A stretch of 35,903 nucleotides of DNA from Octopus bimaculoides (GCF_001194135.2 NC_069003.1:3238927-3274829), one strand, 5' to 3'; positions 1 through 14,169 are shown, counted from the first letter of the stretch. The notes: generated by a model not told the origin, from the letters alone. A program made the numbers and translations.

Positions 1-48
<48 letters not shown>

Positions 49-172
49 TGTGTGTGTGTATGTATATATTGATACGCAAATATACGTGGAAGTATGTAAA
101 CGATTCCTTATTTTAGATAGATAGATAGATAGATAGATATGTCTGTCTGTATGTATGTATGTATGTATGTAT
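1..172. repeat. Compound microsatellite (TG)n, (TAGA)n, (TATG)n
   Basis: Seen directly: (TG)n 1-58, (TAGA)n ~114-138, (TATG)n ~149-172. Confidence 0.97.
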
Positions 173-174
173 AC

Positions 175-328
175 GGTGAGGGCGTATGGTTAAGTGGTTA
201 GAGCGTCGGACTTACGATCGCGTGTTCGATTCTCGGACTGAGATGTGTGTTTGTTTTGTGCTTGAGCAAGACACTTCATTTTACCACGGCCCACATCGCT
301 CAGCTGTAGAAATGAGATTCGACGTCAC
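175..328 (+). mobile_element. tRNA-derived SINE, family A (head and core, 3' truncated)
   Basis: Pol III A-box-like TGGTTAAGTGG (187-197) and B-box-like GTGTTCGATTC (222-232), then core GTGCTTGAGCAAGACACTT...GTAGAAATGAG. A homologous copy lies on the minus strand at 20542-20740. Confidence 0.8.
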
Positions 329-450
329 TAAAGCCTTTCATACATACATACATACATACTTAACCTCTCTCACTTTCTCTCGCTTTTTCTCTGTCAATCA
401 CTCACACATTCACTAGCTACAAAAAGTGAATAAAAATTTTCCGTTATCAA

Positions 451-451
<1 letters not shown>

Positions 452-499
<48 letters not shown>

Positions 500-574
500 T
501 ACACACACACACACACACATCAACAACATTACTCACTTTCTCTGTCTCTTCACACCCCATCAAAAACACACACA

Positions 575-619
<45 letters not shown>
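452..619. repeat. (CT)n/(CA)n compound microsatellite running into a gap
   Basis: Seen directly. Confidence 0.95.
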
Positions 620-1307
620 NNNNNNNNNNNNNNNNNNNNNNNNNNNNNNNNNNNNNNNNNNNNNNNNNNNNNNNNNNNNNNNNNNNNNNNNNNNNNNNNN
701 NNNNNNNNNNNNNNNNNNNNNNNNNNNNNNNNNNNNNNNNNNNNNNNNNNNNNNNNNNNNNNNNNNNNNNNNNNNNNNNNNNNNNNNNNNNNNNNNNNNN
801 NNNNNNNNNNNNNNNNNNNNNNNNNNNNNNNNNNNNNNNNNNNNNNNNNNNNNNNNNNNNNNNNNNNNNNNNNNNNNNNNNNNNNNNNNNNNNNNNNNNN
901 NNNNNNNNNNNNNNNNNNNNNNNNNNNNNNNNNNNNNNNNNNNNNNNNNNNNNNNNNNNNNNNNNNNNNNNNNNNNNNNNNNNNNNNNNNNNNNNNNNNN
1001 NNNNNNNNNNNNNNNNNNNNNNNNNNNNNNNNNNNNNNNNNNNNNNNNNNTTTTTTTTACGGAAACCGACGATCATCTTCATCGTGGTCTATAAGTGGTG
1101 TGTAAGTGACAGTCGTGTGTTGCCGTATCGAAAGATCGCCCAATGTTTTAATGATTAGACAGAAGTCCAATAGAATAGCTCTCAGAAACAGACTACGTAC
1201 AAATTACTTCTTCACAACTCCTGAAGCTCTTTTCTGACAAGGCGGTCGTTCAGGAAATTTTCATACAGCTGGAGGCTCCAATCGAAACAGGGGACTCGAA
1301 ATGATAA

Positions 1308-1322
1308 GGTTGGGAAACGCTG
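1308..1322. mobile_element. Isolated hAT-type terminal inverted repeat (right end of a MITE; left end not seen)
   Basis: GGTTGGGAAACGCTG (reverse complement CAGCGTTTCCCAACC) matches the TIRs of the MITE at 33477-33683. It is followed by TTATAGAT, close to the nTCTAGAn target preference of Charlie-type hATs. The left TIR may lie in gap 620-1050. Confidence 0.4.
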
Positions 1323-1371
1323 TTATAGATTATGCCTAACCGTAAACGATCCCAGCCACATCATCCAAACA

Positions 1372-1400
1372 GACCGGGTGAAACCGGGCTTAGCTGCTAG
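1372..1400 (+). mobile_element. Possible Helitron-like 3' terminus
   Basis: Short GC hairpin CCGG-GTGAAA-CCGG (1374-1387), a 9-nt spacer, then CTAG (1397-1400) followed by T. This is the canonical Helitron 3' layout. No 5' TC end identified. Confidence 0.35.
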
Positions 1401-1501
1401 TATATATATATGTATGTATGCATGTATGTTTGTATGTATGTGTTGAGTATGTGTAAGTGCGTGCGCATGTGTGTGCGCTTGTGTGTGTGTGTGTGGTTGT
1501 G

Positions 1502-1543
<42 letters not shown>

Positions 1544-2069
1544 CCGATATATACTGTCTGAACATGTCAATACTGCAATACTGACCGTATGGTTAAGAAG
1601 GAAATGGTTTGTTTTATCGTGTTGAATTTTCTTGTAATCTGGAGAGAGCAATAAACGATGCTATCTGATGAAACCACTTGTTAATTGAGAGCAACTCTGT
1701 CTGTAGTATCTAGAAGAATAATCTGGAAATGCTTTTCAATTCCATTTGATTTCGTATAGGATTACTAATGGAATAGACGCAGAAAACGCCAGGATAATCT
1801 TACAGAAATCAATGGCGACGGTGTTGATGCGTTGCCAAATATATATATTCGTAATGGCAGCATAAGCGCACGCACACACACACACACACACACGCACGCA
1901 CACACGCACGCACGCACGCACGCATATTTATATTTAGTTCTGTAGATATACAGAAACATAAATAGAGAAAAAGAGAAAAAACAAAAACGAGATAGTTAGA
2001 TACCTAGATATCTGCGTGCATCTGAGCATGTGCGCGTTTATATAATATATAAGAATATATATATATATA

Positions 2070-2102
<33 letters not shown>

Positions 2103-2183
2103 ATATATGTTCATGTATATCTCTCTATCTATCCATCGAATTATACATATATGTGTGTGCGTGTATATAGATATGTATATGTA

Positions 2184-2228
<45 letters not shown>

Positions 2229-4117
2229 CTCTCTCTATCTCTCTCTCTCTCTCTATGTATATATATATATATATGTATATATATACACACATAGATACAT
2301 ACATAGAATTGCATATACATATATATATATAAATGTAAACATGTGTGTCTATGTGTGTGTGCGCGCGCACCCACACACACGTGTACGTGAATATCCTCTT
2401 CGCTGAAATTAAGTCAATCGAAATTAGTTATTTTCATGTAGTTCTCAATACAATATACGGCCTTACACGTTCTCTTTATTTATGTCTTTTCATTATTTGC
2501 ATATGTTCGACTCCGCTTAGCCTCCGTATGCAGAATGATGAGCAATAATCGGAAACATTGAGGAAACCATTAAAAAGCAAAACGATAAATTCTTTCTGAT
2601 GTTCGTCCTTTTCAGTGCCAGACGGTCGCAAATCAACTCCCAATTAGACATTGAATTGAAGTGAGCGGAAAAATTTCACTATTCACATCGTATTCTTGGA
2701 AAAATAAGTAGAACATTGTATTTAGTTGAAATGAACTCCCGTTTCTTCAGGTTTTCCGTTTTTAATTCTATTTACTCAGTTTTTGACATTGAGACTGGAT
2801 TCAGTTCAAAGATTTTCTCTTTGTTCAATCTTTGTAAAAACAAGAATCTCAGGAAAATAGTACAACAATAGTCTTTCCAAAACACCAGATTTTACTTCAA
2901 CTCGAACAATATGTTCTCGTGTTCGTGTTATGTAGCTATTTATGTTATTTAACAGTTACTCGCCAGAAACTTTACTAGTCCAATAGGAGACAATTTATAA
3001 TTGTTTTCCAATTAGAGAAGACTTCTACTTGTTTTTATTTGTGGTAAATATATTGCTTTTCTATTGCATTAACTTTGGGTATTCAAAATTCAGCCATTAG
3101 ATGCCATGCTGCGGTCTAGTCTTTTTAATTCCCGCAGCGTCCACATGAAGTAATATCTAAATAAAATCTTTCGAGAGGACATAATCTTTTGATGCTATTT
3201 AATCGTTTGGTTTTATTTTTAAGTATTAATTTGTCTGAATTTTGCGTTCGGGTTCAAATATATATAGGTGTGTGTGGGGGGTGTATACACATATATATAT
3301 GCATATATATATATATATATACGCATGTGTTATTCAGTTTGTTATTTTCTAGTAATTTGTGGTATGTATATAATTTCCTTTTTCTTTTTCTTTTTTTATG
3401 CCATTCTCGTTCTCTCTTTACTGAATCTATTTTCTGTATCTAACAATATTTACAATTTTTTTCAATGGCTACATATTGCATCATGTTATCAATATAAACA
3501 GGTGAACTAATAAGGTAGAATGACAGATGCGAAATTTAGCTAGCTACAACTTCGACCAATTAACTTTACACATGTAATCATTAGACAAAAATACATTTCG
3601 TTGTGGAGCTTCAAATTTAAAATGGAGACGAAAGAATGTACCTCCATTAATGTCATTTGATTTCACTTTTTGGTCAATAAGTCAATGAAGAATGAAAGTA
3701 AATTGGTCCTTAAGATCAAATAGAGAATGCACTGCAAATGTTTTTGCATCATTAGCCCCAGTAAGATAGTAAAAATAGGGTTTTTGTTACAGTTCTTGTG
3801 TCTTTTTTTCCGTCGTTTGCAGGAACTTTCGCTTGTAATGGCTCTTTGGGGAATCCGGTGTATTAATGATTTTTTTTTCTATGAACAGATCTGATTTTTT
3901 GATTCGTTAAAGTACTTTTTGATTCGTTAAAGTCTTATTTTTCTGGTGGTCAAGTTTGTCGTTCTGCTTGGTTGGCTTCCCTATGGGGAACGGCCTTCAG
4001 CCGTTCCAGTTGGTTGATTCTCTTAAAGAGTCATTTTCTTGTATTTCATTGGTGTAGATCAATGAAATTTTACCTCCGATCAAGGCCGAACTTCAGAAAG
4101 TACAACAAAATGACCCT

Positions 4118-4215
4118 TTAAGAAGTCCAGCTAAGTAGACTGGAGCAACGTGAAATAAGATGTCTGGCAGTCGTATACAGTAGCACTACCATAGACCAAA
4201 CCTTTAGCACAACAC
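4118..4215 (-). mobile_element. Decayed SINE family A fragment
   Basis: TGGAGCAACGTGAAATAAGATGTCT resembles the A-family core in the same orientation as TGGAGCAAGGCGGAATAGAAGTATCT in the minus-strand copy at ~20651. Confidence 0.5.
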
Positions 4216-5816
4216 CGCATCGTATAATTCACTTATTTATCTCTCACATACATTTTTCTTTCCTTTTTTTCAACATGGCCATTGTTGACAATAAAATATA
4301 GTTTAACACTAATTGACTATTTTACGACGTAAAAAATAAACACAGTGAATATTTAAAAATTCTGTATACCAGTTCATAATTCAATTATTTTGTGGACTTC
4401 AGTTATGAAAATCACAATACATTTTTTGATTGTTTTGTGTTGCTTGTTTTTCACAAACCTTTCGATTATTTTATTGTTTATTCAAGTTCCACAAGCCTGT
4501 CATTATGTCCGTCCTCTCTTCTGCAGTTACTTTTTTCCTTTCTTTGTTGTTAGCTTTTGTGTCACGTTCTGTTTGTTACATTATTTTTTCCTGAAAACGA
4601 AATTATTATTTCTACTTTGGTCGTTTGGTTGCGTATTTGTTTTACATACATCCATACAGACATACATACACTATATATANNNNNNNNNNNNNNNNNNNNN
4701 NNNNNNNNNNNNNNNNNNNNNNNNNNNNNNNNNNNNNNNNNNNNNNNNNNNNNNNNNNNNNNNNNNNNNNNNNNNNNNNNNNNNNNNNNNNNNNNNNNNN
4801 NNNNNNNNNNNNNNNNNNNNNNNNNNNNNNNNNNNNNNNNNNNNNNNNNNNNNNNNNNNNNNNNNNNNNNNNNNNNNNNNNNNNNNNNNNNNNNNNNNNN
4901 NNNNNNNNNNNNNNNNNNNNNNNNNNNNNNNNNNNNNNNNNNNNNNNNNNNNNNNNNNNNNNNNNNNNNNNNNNNNNNNNNNNNNNNNNNNNNNNNNNNN
5001 NNNNNNNNNNNNNNNNNNNNNNNNNNNNNNNNNNNNNNNNNNNNNNNNNNNNNNNNNNNNNNNNNNNNNNNNNNNNNNNNNNNNNNNNNNNNNNNNNNNN
5101 NNNNNNNNNNNNNNNNNNNNNNNNNNNNNNNNNNNNNNNNNNNNNNNNNNNNNNNNNNNNNNNNNNNNNNNNNNNNNNNNNNNNNNNNNNNNNNNNNNNN
5201 NNNNNNNNNNNNNNNNNNNNNNNNNNNNNNNNNNNNNNNNNNNNNNNNNNNNNNNNNNNNNNNNNNNNNNNNNNNNNNNNNNNNNNNNNNNNNNNNNNNN
5301 NNNNNNNNNNNNNNNNNNNNNNNNNNNNNNNNNNNNNNNNNNNNNNNNNNNNNNNNNNNNNNNNNNNNNNNNNNNNNNNNNNNNNNNNNNNNNNNNNNNN
5401 NNNNNNNNNNNNNNNNNNNNNNNNNNNNNNNNNNNNNNNNNNNNNNNNNNNNNNNNNNNNNNNNNNNNNNNNNNNNNNNNNNNNNNNNNNNNNNNNNNNN
5501 NNNNNNNNNNNNNNNNNNNNNNNNNNNNNNNNNNNNNNNNNNNNNNNNNNNNNNNNNNNNNNNNNNNNNNTATATATATGCACATACATATATATATGCG
5601 TGTGTATGTACAAATACATACGTTACATACGTACATAAAATTAATGCGTATATATATACATATATATAAACTCGAAGATGTTACACACTTACGCAGTTAG
5701 CTAGAGTATTCAGGTATACACGCACACGTAAGATTATATCATATATATTCAAACGAATACATGCAAATAAAAAGAGATCGTATATATGTGGGTGTGGGTG
5801 TGTACTTGGGTGTGTT

Positions 5817-5849
<33 letters not shown>

Positions 5850-6203
5850 ATTCACAATATCACATGTACATACGCGAGAAAAACACAACACACACATCAG
5901 TAACTCTAAAGAGGAAAATGCACACATTTGTCATATACATACAGACTCCCACGCATACATTGACATATATATACGTTGTACATCATATTCAACATAATCC
6001 TGATCCATATATATATGTATATGTATATATGTATTGATATATACACAGACACTAAGTCATATACATGAAGTATAGAAGCTTAAGCAAGCAAATAAGTTTT
6101 CTCACAGATATAAATATTATACACAAGCTAAGTGTGTGCGTGTATATCTAGAAACATATTGTTATGCACTAGAAAAGCAAATCACCACCAACTGAAATAA
6201 TGC

Positions 6204-6236
<33 letters not shown>

Positions 6237-6351
6237 TATATACATACAGAGAGACATGCATACATTCGTGCACAGGAACATGTCCGCGAGCAAGCTGCGG
6301 CAACAGTACACACCTGAAGGTCGATACACAGATACATAGATAGAGTCATGC

Positions 6352-6391
<40 letters not shown>

Positions 6392-6587
6392 NNNNNNNNN
6401 NNNNNNNNNNNNNNNNNNNNNNNNNNNNNNNNNNNNNNNNNNNNNNNNNNNNNNNNNNNNNNNNNNNNNNNNNNNNNNNNNNNNNNNNNNNNNNNNNNNN
6501 NNNNNNNNNNNNNNNNNNNNNNNNNNNNNNNNNNNNNNNNNNNNNNNNNNNNNNNNNNNNNNNNGAAAGTGTGTGTATATATACATA

Positions 6588-6653
<66 letters not shown>

Positions 6654-7498
6654 CATACATACATATTTATACGTTCATATATGTATGACTACTTATATAT
6701 ATATATATGTATGTATATCCATATATATGCAGATACATACACACACATAATTATACATAAGCCAAGAGAGAAAAAAAACAAGTAGATGAATCTAGTGCGA
6801 AGGGCAGAAACTAGCAAGGAGCCAAGAAGATAGATACACTGGCTGATCAAGACATATCAGGTGTTCTAACAATTGATCTGTGAATGCCCCTACACATACA
6901 TGAGAGGATGTGAGAGAGGAAAATGTAAGACAGAAAGACGTTGTTTTGCAGAGAGAAACAGAGAGGTACAGACAGATAGATATGGAGAGAAGAGAAATAG
7001 AGGAACATAGAGAGAAAAACCAATGCGTAATTGGTATAAAAACAGCTATTCTTATACTACTAGACACATAGATATAGTTATATTCAATCATACGCATACA
7101 AATGTACACACACATGCAACAAATTTTCATAAAAGTACGTACGTATATATTATAAGGAAAACGCGTAACGTACAATTTTAGAGAAAAGAATCCTACCTAA
7201 AAATAACCCCCAAAAATTTATTAAAGATACAAGTGAAAATATCGGCAAATAATAAGTATGTTAGTAAAATAAAACAATCTATAACAATGGCCGGCGAGAA
7301 ACATAGGAAGAAGAGGAGAATGGGAAGAATGAGGGAGAAAAACTGAAATAAAAAATGTACGACAAAATTTTAAGAAGAAATATGTTGTAGGAAGAAACAG
7401 AAATACTGATAATTGTATGCAGATATAATCGATAATGAGAACAACAAAGTAATTACACACATGCACACGAGCACACAGGCACATGCACGCGCGCACAC

Positions 7499-7550
<52 letters not shown>

Positions 7551-7965
7551 CAAAGATTAATACAGAGAACGGAGCATAACTAGGAGCATTTAATAGCGCA
7601 ACAATCGTTTCGGCTTTATTCTTCACTTCTCTCTTGTTGGCGTGTAAGGATATAATAACACCTGATGCAACGCTCAAAGCAAAAGATCCTCGTCAGGTGA
7701 CGTTACCTGTGAAACCGGTTAAGTTTTTAAAATTCTTAAATAATATAACCTAAACAAACCCGAGTGCATTTTCAACTTCTCTTTCCCATAATCCGCATAT
7801 CTACTGCGGAATAAATGGGCACTCTGCTATCGAACTCCGAAAGATATTAGATTAATTTACTGCTTTTTCCACACTCTTGTAAAGTGAGGAGTACCTACTT
7901 CTTCTGCTTATTGTATCGGCACAGCAACACCAGTTGCATTACTACCTTTCGAACACTAGGGAACA

Positions 7966-8037
7966 CTAGGGTTGATATAATCGACTAGCCCCTTCCCATC
8001 AAAATTTTATCTCTTGTACCAATAGTAGAAAGGATTA
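7966..8037 (+). mobile_element. SINE family C 3' tail fragment
   Basis: GGGTTGATATAATCGACTAGCCCCTTCCCATCAAAATTTT...GTAGAAAGGATT is homologous to the tails at 31075-31143 and 19779-19840. Confidence 0.7.
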
Positions 8038-8038
8038 G

Positions 8039-8087
<49 letters not shown>
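8039..8087. repeat. (CTA)n microsatellite directly at the SINE C tail
   Basis: About 16 perfect units. Confidence 0.97.
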
Positions 8088-8492
8088 GCAACTGTTACTT
8101 TTGAATCAATATTTCGGATAGCTACGTTAACGGGATTATGTTATAATACAATTGGTTTGTTACTTTATTTATTTAATCATATATTTATTTATCTATTTAT
8201 TTATACCATCTTTTGGCAAAAAACATCTTCAATTCTCTAATGTTGTTTGTTTCTCATTCAGTGTGTCATTTGCACTCTCCTGTTTCCTTCCCCCACTCTC
8301 TCTCTCTCTCTCTCTCTCTGTCTCGCACGCGCGCCTTTTTTTCTCATTCTTGCTCTCACAAGCTTTCTTTCCCTCACTCTCATTCGTATGCTTTCTCTCT
8401 CGCTCTTTCTTCTTCCCTCGCACTATCATCGTCTCCCTCTCTAAATCTCACTATCTCTCTCTCTCTGTCCCTCTCTCTCTCTCTGTCTCTCT

Positions 8493-8539
<47 letters not shown>

Positions 8540-8885
8540 CCTCCTTCTACCTCTCTTCACCTACTTCGTATGACGTATTGCGTGAGAAGATTTACCGTCT
8601 AAAAAGTAAGATTTATCTAATTATACATCGGTGAAAAAAAGTAATCAGTACACACACGCATAAATATACACTGACATACACACACGCATAAATACACACT
8701 CACAAACACGCAAACACGCGCGCTCATGCATATACTCATATATTTATATGCATATGTAATATTTCATATATGTATACACATATATATGTGTGTGCGCTAA
8801 TATTTGTGTATATACTTATGTGTGTATGTGTATGTATATGTTATGTATGTATGTGCGTATCTATCTATCTATCTATCTGTCTGTC

Positions 8886-8971
<86 letters not shown>

Positions 8972-9919
8972 CGTGTGTGTGAACATACACACATACATGT
9001 ACGTGGATGAATGATAAACTGTCGACATAAATGCTATCGTATCACGCAAAGATCTATGTTGTATCCATCAACCACCGATATCCGTCCTGGATATAACGCT
9101 TTTGTCCATCCTTGAAATCGATATCGTTGATCAATTGACAATTATATGTGGTTGCGAAAACAGAAACAGTTCATTTCTGAAAGCAACTTTTTTTACACAT
9201 GTTCTACATATGCATACATATATACACACACGTATATATACATGCATATGCATATACATAGAATATGCACACATCCACATCGGTTGGTCATTTATAGAAC
9301 TAATATGGTCGCTATTGACGATAGGGAAATATATTGACAGCAAGGTTACTGCAAAAGTTAAGTCGATAACGTCTTGTACAAAGTCAACAACGGCAATCAA
9401 TATCAATGCCAAGGAACCGAGCAACAAACAGAACGAAGATATCTGTTTCAGCAGTGTTAACAAGTTTTATATCAGAAGAACCGTCTATTAGATTGTTGGA
9501 TTACGAAAATTTTAGATGTTTTTCACTCACACTGGACATAAAGCATCTAAATACGGCAATTATTGTATGAGAGCCGTAGACTCTACGCTACTTTCATCCA
9601 TCATTTGACGGGCACAGTGTTTACTCTGCATGTTTTGCAGTAATCATTCTCGGCGTCTTAGCTTGTTGAGGCCGTAGATTTTGATGCTGGAAACATTATT
9701 ATACCACATGACGTACAGAATTATAAGGTGTCAAGAAAATCACAAGGAGCTCATACATACATGCGCATACACATATATACATACAACTCGCTACGCAGTG
9801 AAATCAAAAACGGGCCTCAAGATTTCGTAGCAAATCTCTTCAGCCTTTGGTTATGCGTGAAACCTTACGTACTTTCCTAGACAATTACATACGAGGGGGT
9901 ATCCAAAGGTAAAATTTTG

Positions 9920-10042
9920 CCAGCCAGATGCACTGACATTTCTCTGGTCTGCCCGCAACTGTAATAGAAGACACTTGCACTTGGACGAACCCGGAATCAT
10001 GCGGTTGGGGAGCAAGTGTCTTACCACACAACCAGACCTGTC
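9920..10042 (-). mobile_element. SINE family B head (decayed)
   Basis: Reverse complement reads TGGTTGTGTGGTAAG...CCAACCGCATGATTCCGGGTTCG...GCAAGTGTCTTCTAT, matching 28440-28550. Confidence 0.75.
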
Positions 10043-10494
10043 TTCTCACGTTAACAACACATCAACAAACCGACTGCATTTTGCCTCCCACATTCGTTAA
10101 ACTAATTATTCTCAAAATTCAGATTTCTGAAAGTCATCGGCCAAGTTTTATGAAAGCGTCTGACTTGCTGACTGTATATGTGCCAACGATAAAACAAAAG
10201 ACAAAAATAATGTGTAAAGTTTAGCAATTATAGTATTTCGGAATGTAAGTGAGAATGAATCGTTGATACGGGAGTGGAAAATAAAAATGAAAAACAGAAC
10301 AATTAGAACCGATTAATTAGCTAATTGTAGAGACACTAAAAAGATAAGAATCTAGTTAAAACAACCTAAATATCTATTCCTGATATCAATTCTTTAGACA
10401 ACATTTAATTTCGAGAAAGTGTATATAGCGCGTGTGTGAAATTATGTATGCGTATGTCTGTGTGCGCGCACATCTCTGTCTCTCTGTCTCTCTG

Positions 10495-10533
<39 letters not shown>

Positions 10534-10546
10534 NNNNNNNNNNCTA

Positions 10547-10581
<35 letters not shown>

Positions 10582-11696
10582 GTCACCGTCTTTCTTTCTC
10601 TCTTCATAGATATGTCACTAAATACGTTCAGTCAACCGTGTCACCCTCAATTTGCGGCGCAAATATGTATTGTCACATGACATTACCGCACGAACCAAAG
10701 AGGAAACTTATTAAAACTTCGAAGCTTAATCTTACTCTGACAATCAAATTTTATACTAAGCTAATACTAATTAGGTTCATGTCCCCTTCAGAAAATACGA
10801 GAATTTTCGAACTCTAGTCAGATGCAAGAGAGTTACGGCAAAGCCTACGTTTTCCTATTTCAATTAATTTTGAAATATCGGAAAAAATCTCTGAAACACG
10901 TTAAGCTTATAAAAATAAACCATGTAAAAGACCCCTAATCGATTTTCATCTTCTTGCATATATTACATACACAACACACAGACACGTTTGGTATGATGAA
11001 TTTCTGTCTATTTATATTTATCTTGACCATATTATACTGAAGAGTAGAGGTTGTATAATACTACAATAACTTCGAAATCATGATCTATAATTCAGTCTGT
11101 TTTTAAGGGGCTGGCTTTGAGAGTTGCATTTCCTCGCGTTCGGTAAAAATGTGTTTTTTATGTTAGTCTGACCTTAGAGTCCCTCATAGCGTGAGGCATT
11201 ATTGTAAAGTAATGCCCTTATATAAATAAATAAATATATATATANNNNNNNNNNNNNNNNNNNNNNNNNNNNNNNNNNNNNNNNNNNNNNNNNNNNNNNN
11301 NNNNNNNNNNNNNNNNNNNNNNNNNNNNNNNNNNNNNNNNNNNNNNNNNNNNNNNNNNNNNNNNNNNNNNNNNNNNNNNNNNNNNNNNNNNNNNNNNNNN
11401 NNNNNNNNNNNNNNNNNNNNNNNNNNNNNNNNNNNNNNNNNNNNNNNNNNNNNNNNNNNNNNNNNNNNNNNNNNNNNNNNNNNNNNNNNNNNNNNNNNNN
11501 NNNNNNNNNNNNNNNNNNNNNNNNNNNNNNNNNNNNNNNNNNNNNNNNNNNNNNNNNNNNNNNNNNNNNNNNNNNNNNNNNNNNNNNNNNNNNNNNNNNN
11601 NNNNNNNNNNNNNNNNNNNNNNNNNNNNNNNNNNNNNNNNNNNNNNNNNNNNNNNNNNNNNNNNNNNNNNNNNNNNNNNNNNNNNNNNNNNNNNNN

Positions 11697-11731
<35 letters not shown>

Positions 11732-11945
11732 CACATTTTTAATAATATCTTTGAGGATTTTGCGTTATATCAACTATGTATCATCCGCATGGCTTAATGC
11801 GCGTATGTGCGTACAATTGCGTACGATTGCGTATACGTGCGACAGTGTATACGTCCGTGAACTCTTGCGTTATTCCTGTCTAAAAACTTGTTTATATCAC
11901 ATCCTGTCTGATCAACACACATTAGCTGTCATTAATGCGTTCGCA

Positions 11946-12050
<105 letters not shown>

Positions 12051-12205
12051 TTTATCATTATTACGATTGTTATGATTATAATTATAATTATTATTGTTAT
12101 TGTTATCAACCTGGTCACCATCATCAGTTTTATTATTATCATTATTATTATCATTTTCATTACTATTATTGTTGTTCTTGTCATTATTGTCAATATTATT
12201 CTCTG
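12051..12205. repeat. Degenerate (ATT)n-derived trinucleotide tract
   Basis: Strong 3-periodicity of ATT/ATC/GTT units, which produces the spurious poly-Ile and poly-Asn ORFs. Confidence 0.9.
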
Positions 12206-13826
12206 AACTCTCAACAGTTGATTTTTTATTCCTTTTTGCTTCACTGTGTGTACTATTGTCTACATCATTTTTATGCTTTATATATTTATTCTTTGTTGTT
12301 TCTTTTTTTTTTCTTTTTTCTTTACTGCTATTACTGAAAGTGCCCATCACAAGGTGCGTGTCTGTAAATATATATAGGCTGGATACTGTCTGGTGGTTTG
12401 CTACAGAGAAAGTTCTGAATCTATTTGATGTAGAACAAAGCAACGAAATTGAAAAAAAAAAAAAAGCGGTAAATGAAGATGAAATTATGTGTATGAAGTC
12501 TTATTCAGGAATTGTATTTTCGCAGCGAGGTGTTTAGACTAGGTCAGATTTGACCACGCACTCTATATTCATATANNNNNNNNNNNNNNNNNNNNNNNNN
12601 NNNNNNNNNNNNNNNNNNNNNNNNNNNNNNNNNNNNNNNNNNNNNNNNNNNNNNNNNNNNNNNNNNNNNNNNNNNNNNNNNNNNNNNNNNNNNNNNNNNN
12701 NNNNNNNNNNNNNNNNNNNNNNNNNNNNNNNNNNNNNNNNNNNNNNNNNNNNNNNNNNNNNNNNNNNNNNNNNNNNNNNNNNNNNNNNNNNNNNNNNNNN
12801 NNNNNNNNNNNNNNNNNNNNNNNNNNNNNNNNNNNNNNNNNNNNNNNNNNNNNNNNNNNNNNNNNNNNNTAAACATATATAAATGTACAGAGGAACGAAG
12901 TATCATACAAATGGACAGACACGCCATAGAACTAAAAGACTAGCAGAAATATGATGTAATCTAATTGTCTAGGAATATCTCCATTCTCGCAACCGACGAT
13001 TTATCCAGTGCACGCGCTTGTCCACGGACACTTCCATACACACACACCCACATAAACCACACACCACATACTCATATATAAAATAAAAATTCGTCTAAAG
13101 CCGTCCGCCTTCAAAGACCATTATAATTCAATTATTTCATTTAAGTTGCAGTGTCTATTGTCCGGTACTTCCCACCGGAAATACCAAACGAGAAGGCATC
13201 AATTGATGGAATCGGTCAATAAAGCGAACTTTTAGATATTTTCGTAGCAGCATGAAAGGAAATTTATGGATACCAAATACTGCAATTACGTGGCTTTTGA
13301 TCACGTGAGTGTTTTTGTCTGACAGCCCCAAGTTGTCTTAGGGAATATAATACAATGTAATTTTTTTCTGTATGTGTGTGTGTGTTTATATGTTTGAGTA
13401 CGTCTGTGTCTGTATGTGAAGTTGTATGTGCGTGTGTGAGTGTGTGTGTGAGAGAGAGAATGTGCGTATGTATGTGTGTATTTTGGTAAGTGTGTGATTG
13501 TGCCATTGTCGTTTTGTGTATATATAAGTACGGAGACTATGCTAAGAAAAGCGCGTTTCTCAGATGGAATGAGATAATAAATGTCGTTACAAGGAAATGT
13601 GTAAGGTATTCAAAATTACTACAATGTATGCGTTTATGTGTAAAGACATTCGTTTTATATATATATATACACGCACACATATATGTATATATATACATGT
13701 ATGAATGTATGTATGCATGTATGAATGCAAATGCAAATACACACACACAGAGCTATGATAGATACATAGATAGATAACCACATAGATATGTGTGCTTGTA
13801 TATAAATAATTATTTCATACAGGTGT

Positions 13827-13865
<39 letters not shown>

Positions 13866-14169
13866 ACATTTTTATGCGTTGATAAATATATATTTGTGTC
13901 CAAAGCTGGTATCCTTGAGGGTACTCATATCTTATAGAGAATCGTTCCTCTAAATAGATATATATATATGTCAAAATATCTTTACACACGCCTTCACACA
14001 CACATATACACACACGCGCATACGCACGCACAGACACACACACACATGGATGCACACACGCACTCACACACATAAACAAACACATATATAGGTAGACAGA
14101 CATAGGCACATGTATATATATATCACAATCGATTGGTTACTTTAACAAATACTAAATAATAAAAACTGT

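Noticed and set aside
175-240. tRNA gene
   Set aside because: A and B boxes are present but there is no complete cloverleaf or acceptor stem, and the sequence continues into a SINE core repeated at 20542-20740.
3105-3142. Hairpin ATGCTGCGG...CCGCAGCGT as a pre-miRNA
   Set aside because: The stem is only about 9 bp with a 17-nt loop, and pairing does not extend.
6770-8570. Purine-rich block (6770-7440) followed by a pyrimidine-rich block (8190-8570) as a large inverted repeat
   Set aside because: The complementarity is compositional only, from decayed (GA)/(CT) repeats, with no alignable unique sequence.
9131-9463. Minus-strand ORF with a hydrophobic stretch and an INDQP cadherin-like motif; also AVDFDAG at ~9671 on the plus strand
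   Set aside because: The motifs lie on opposite strands, there is an in-frame stop just upstream, the ORF runs into a microsatellite, and no other cadherin motifs are present. Hydrophobicity is expected from the reverse complement of A-rich DNA.
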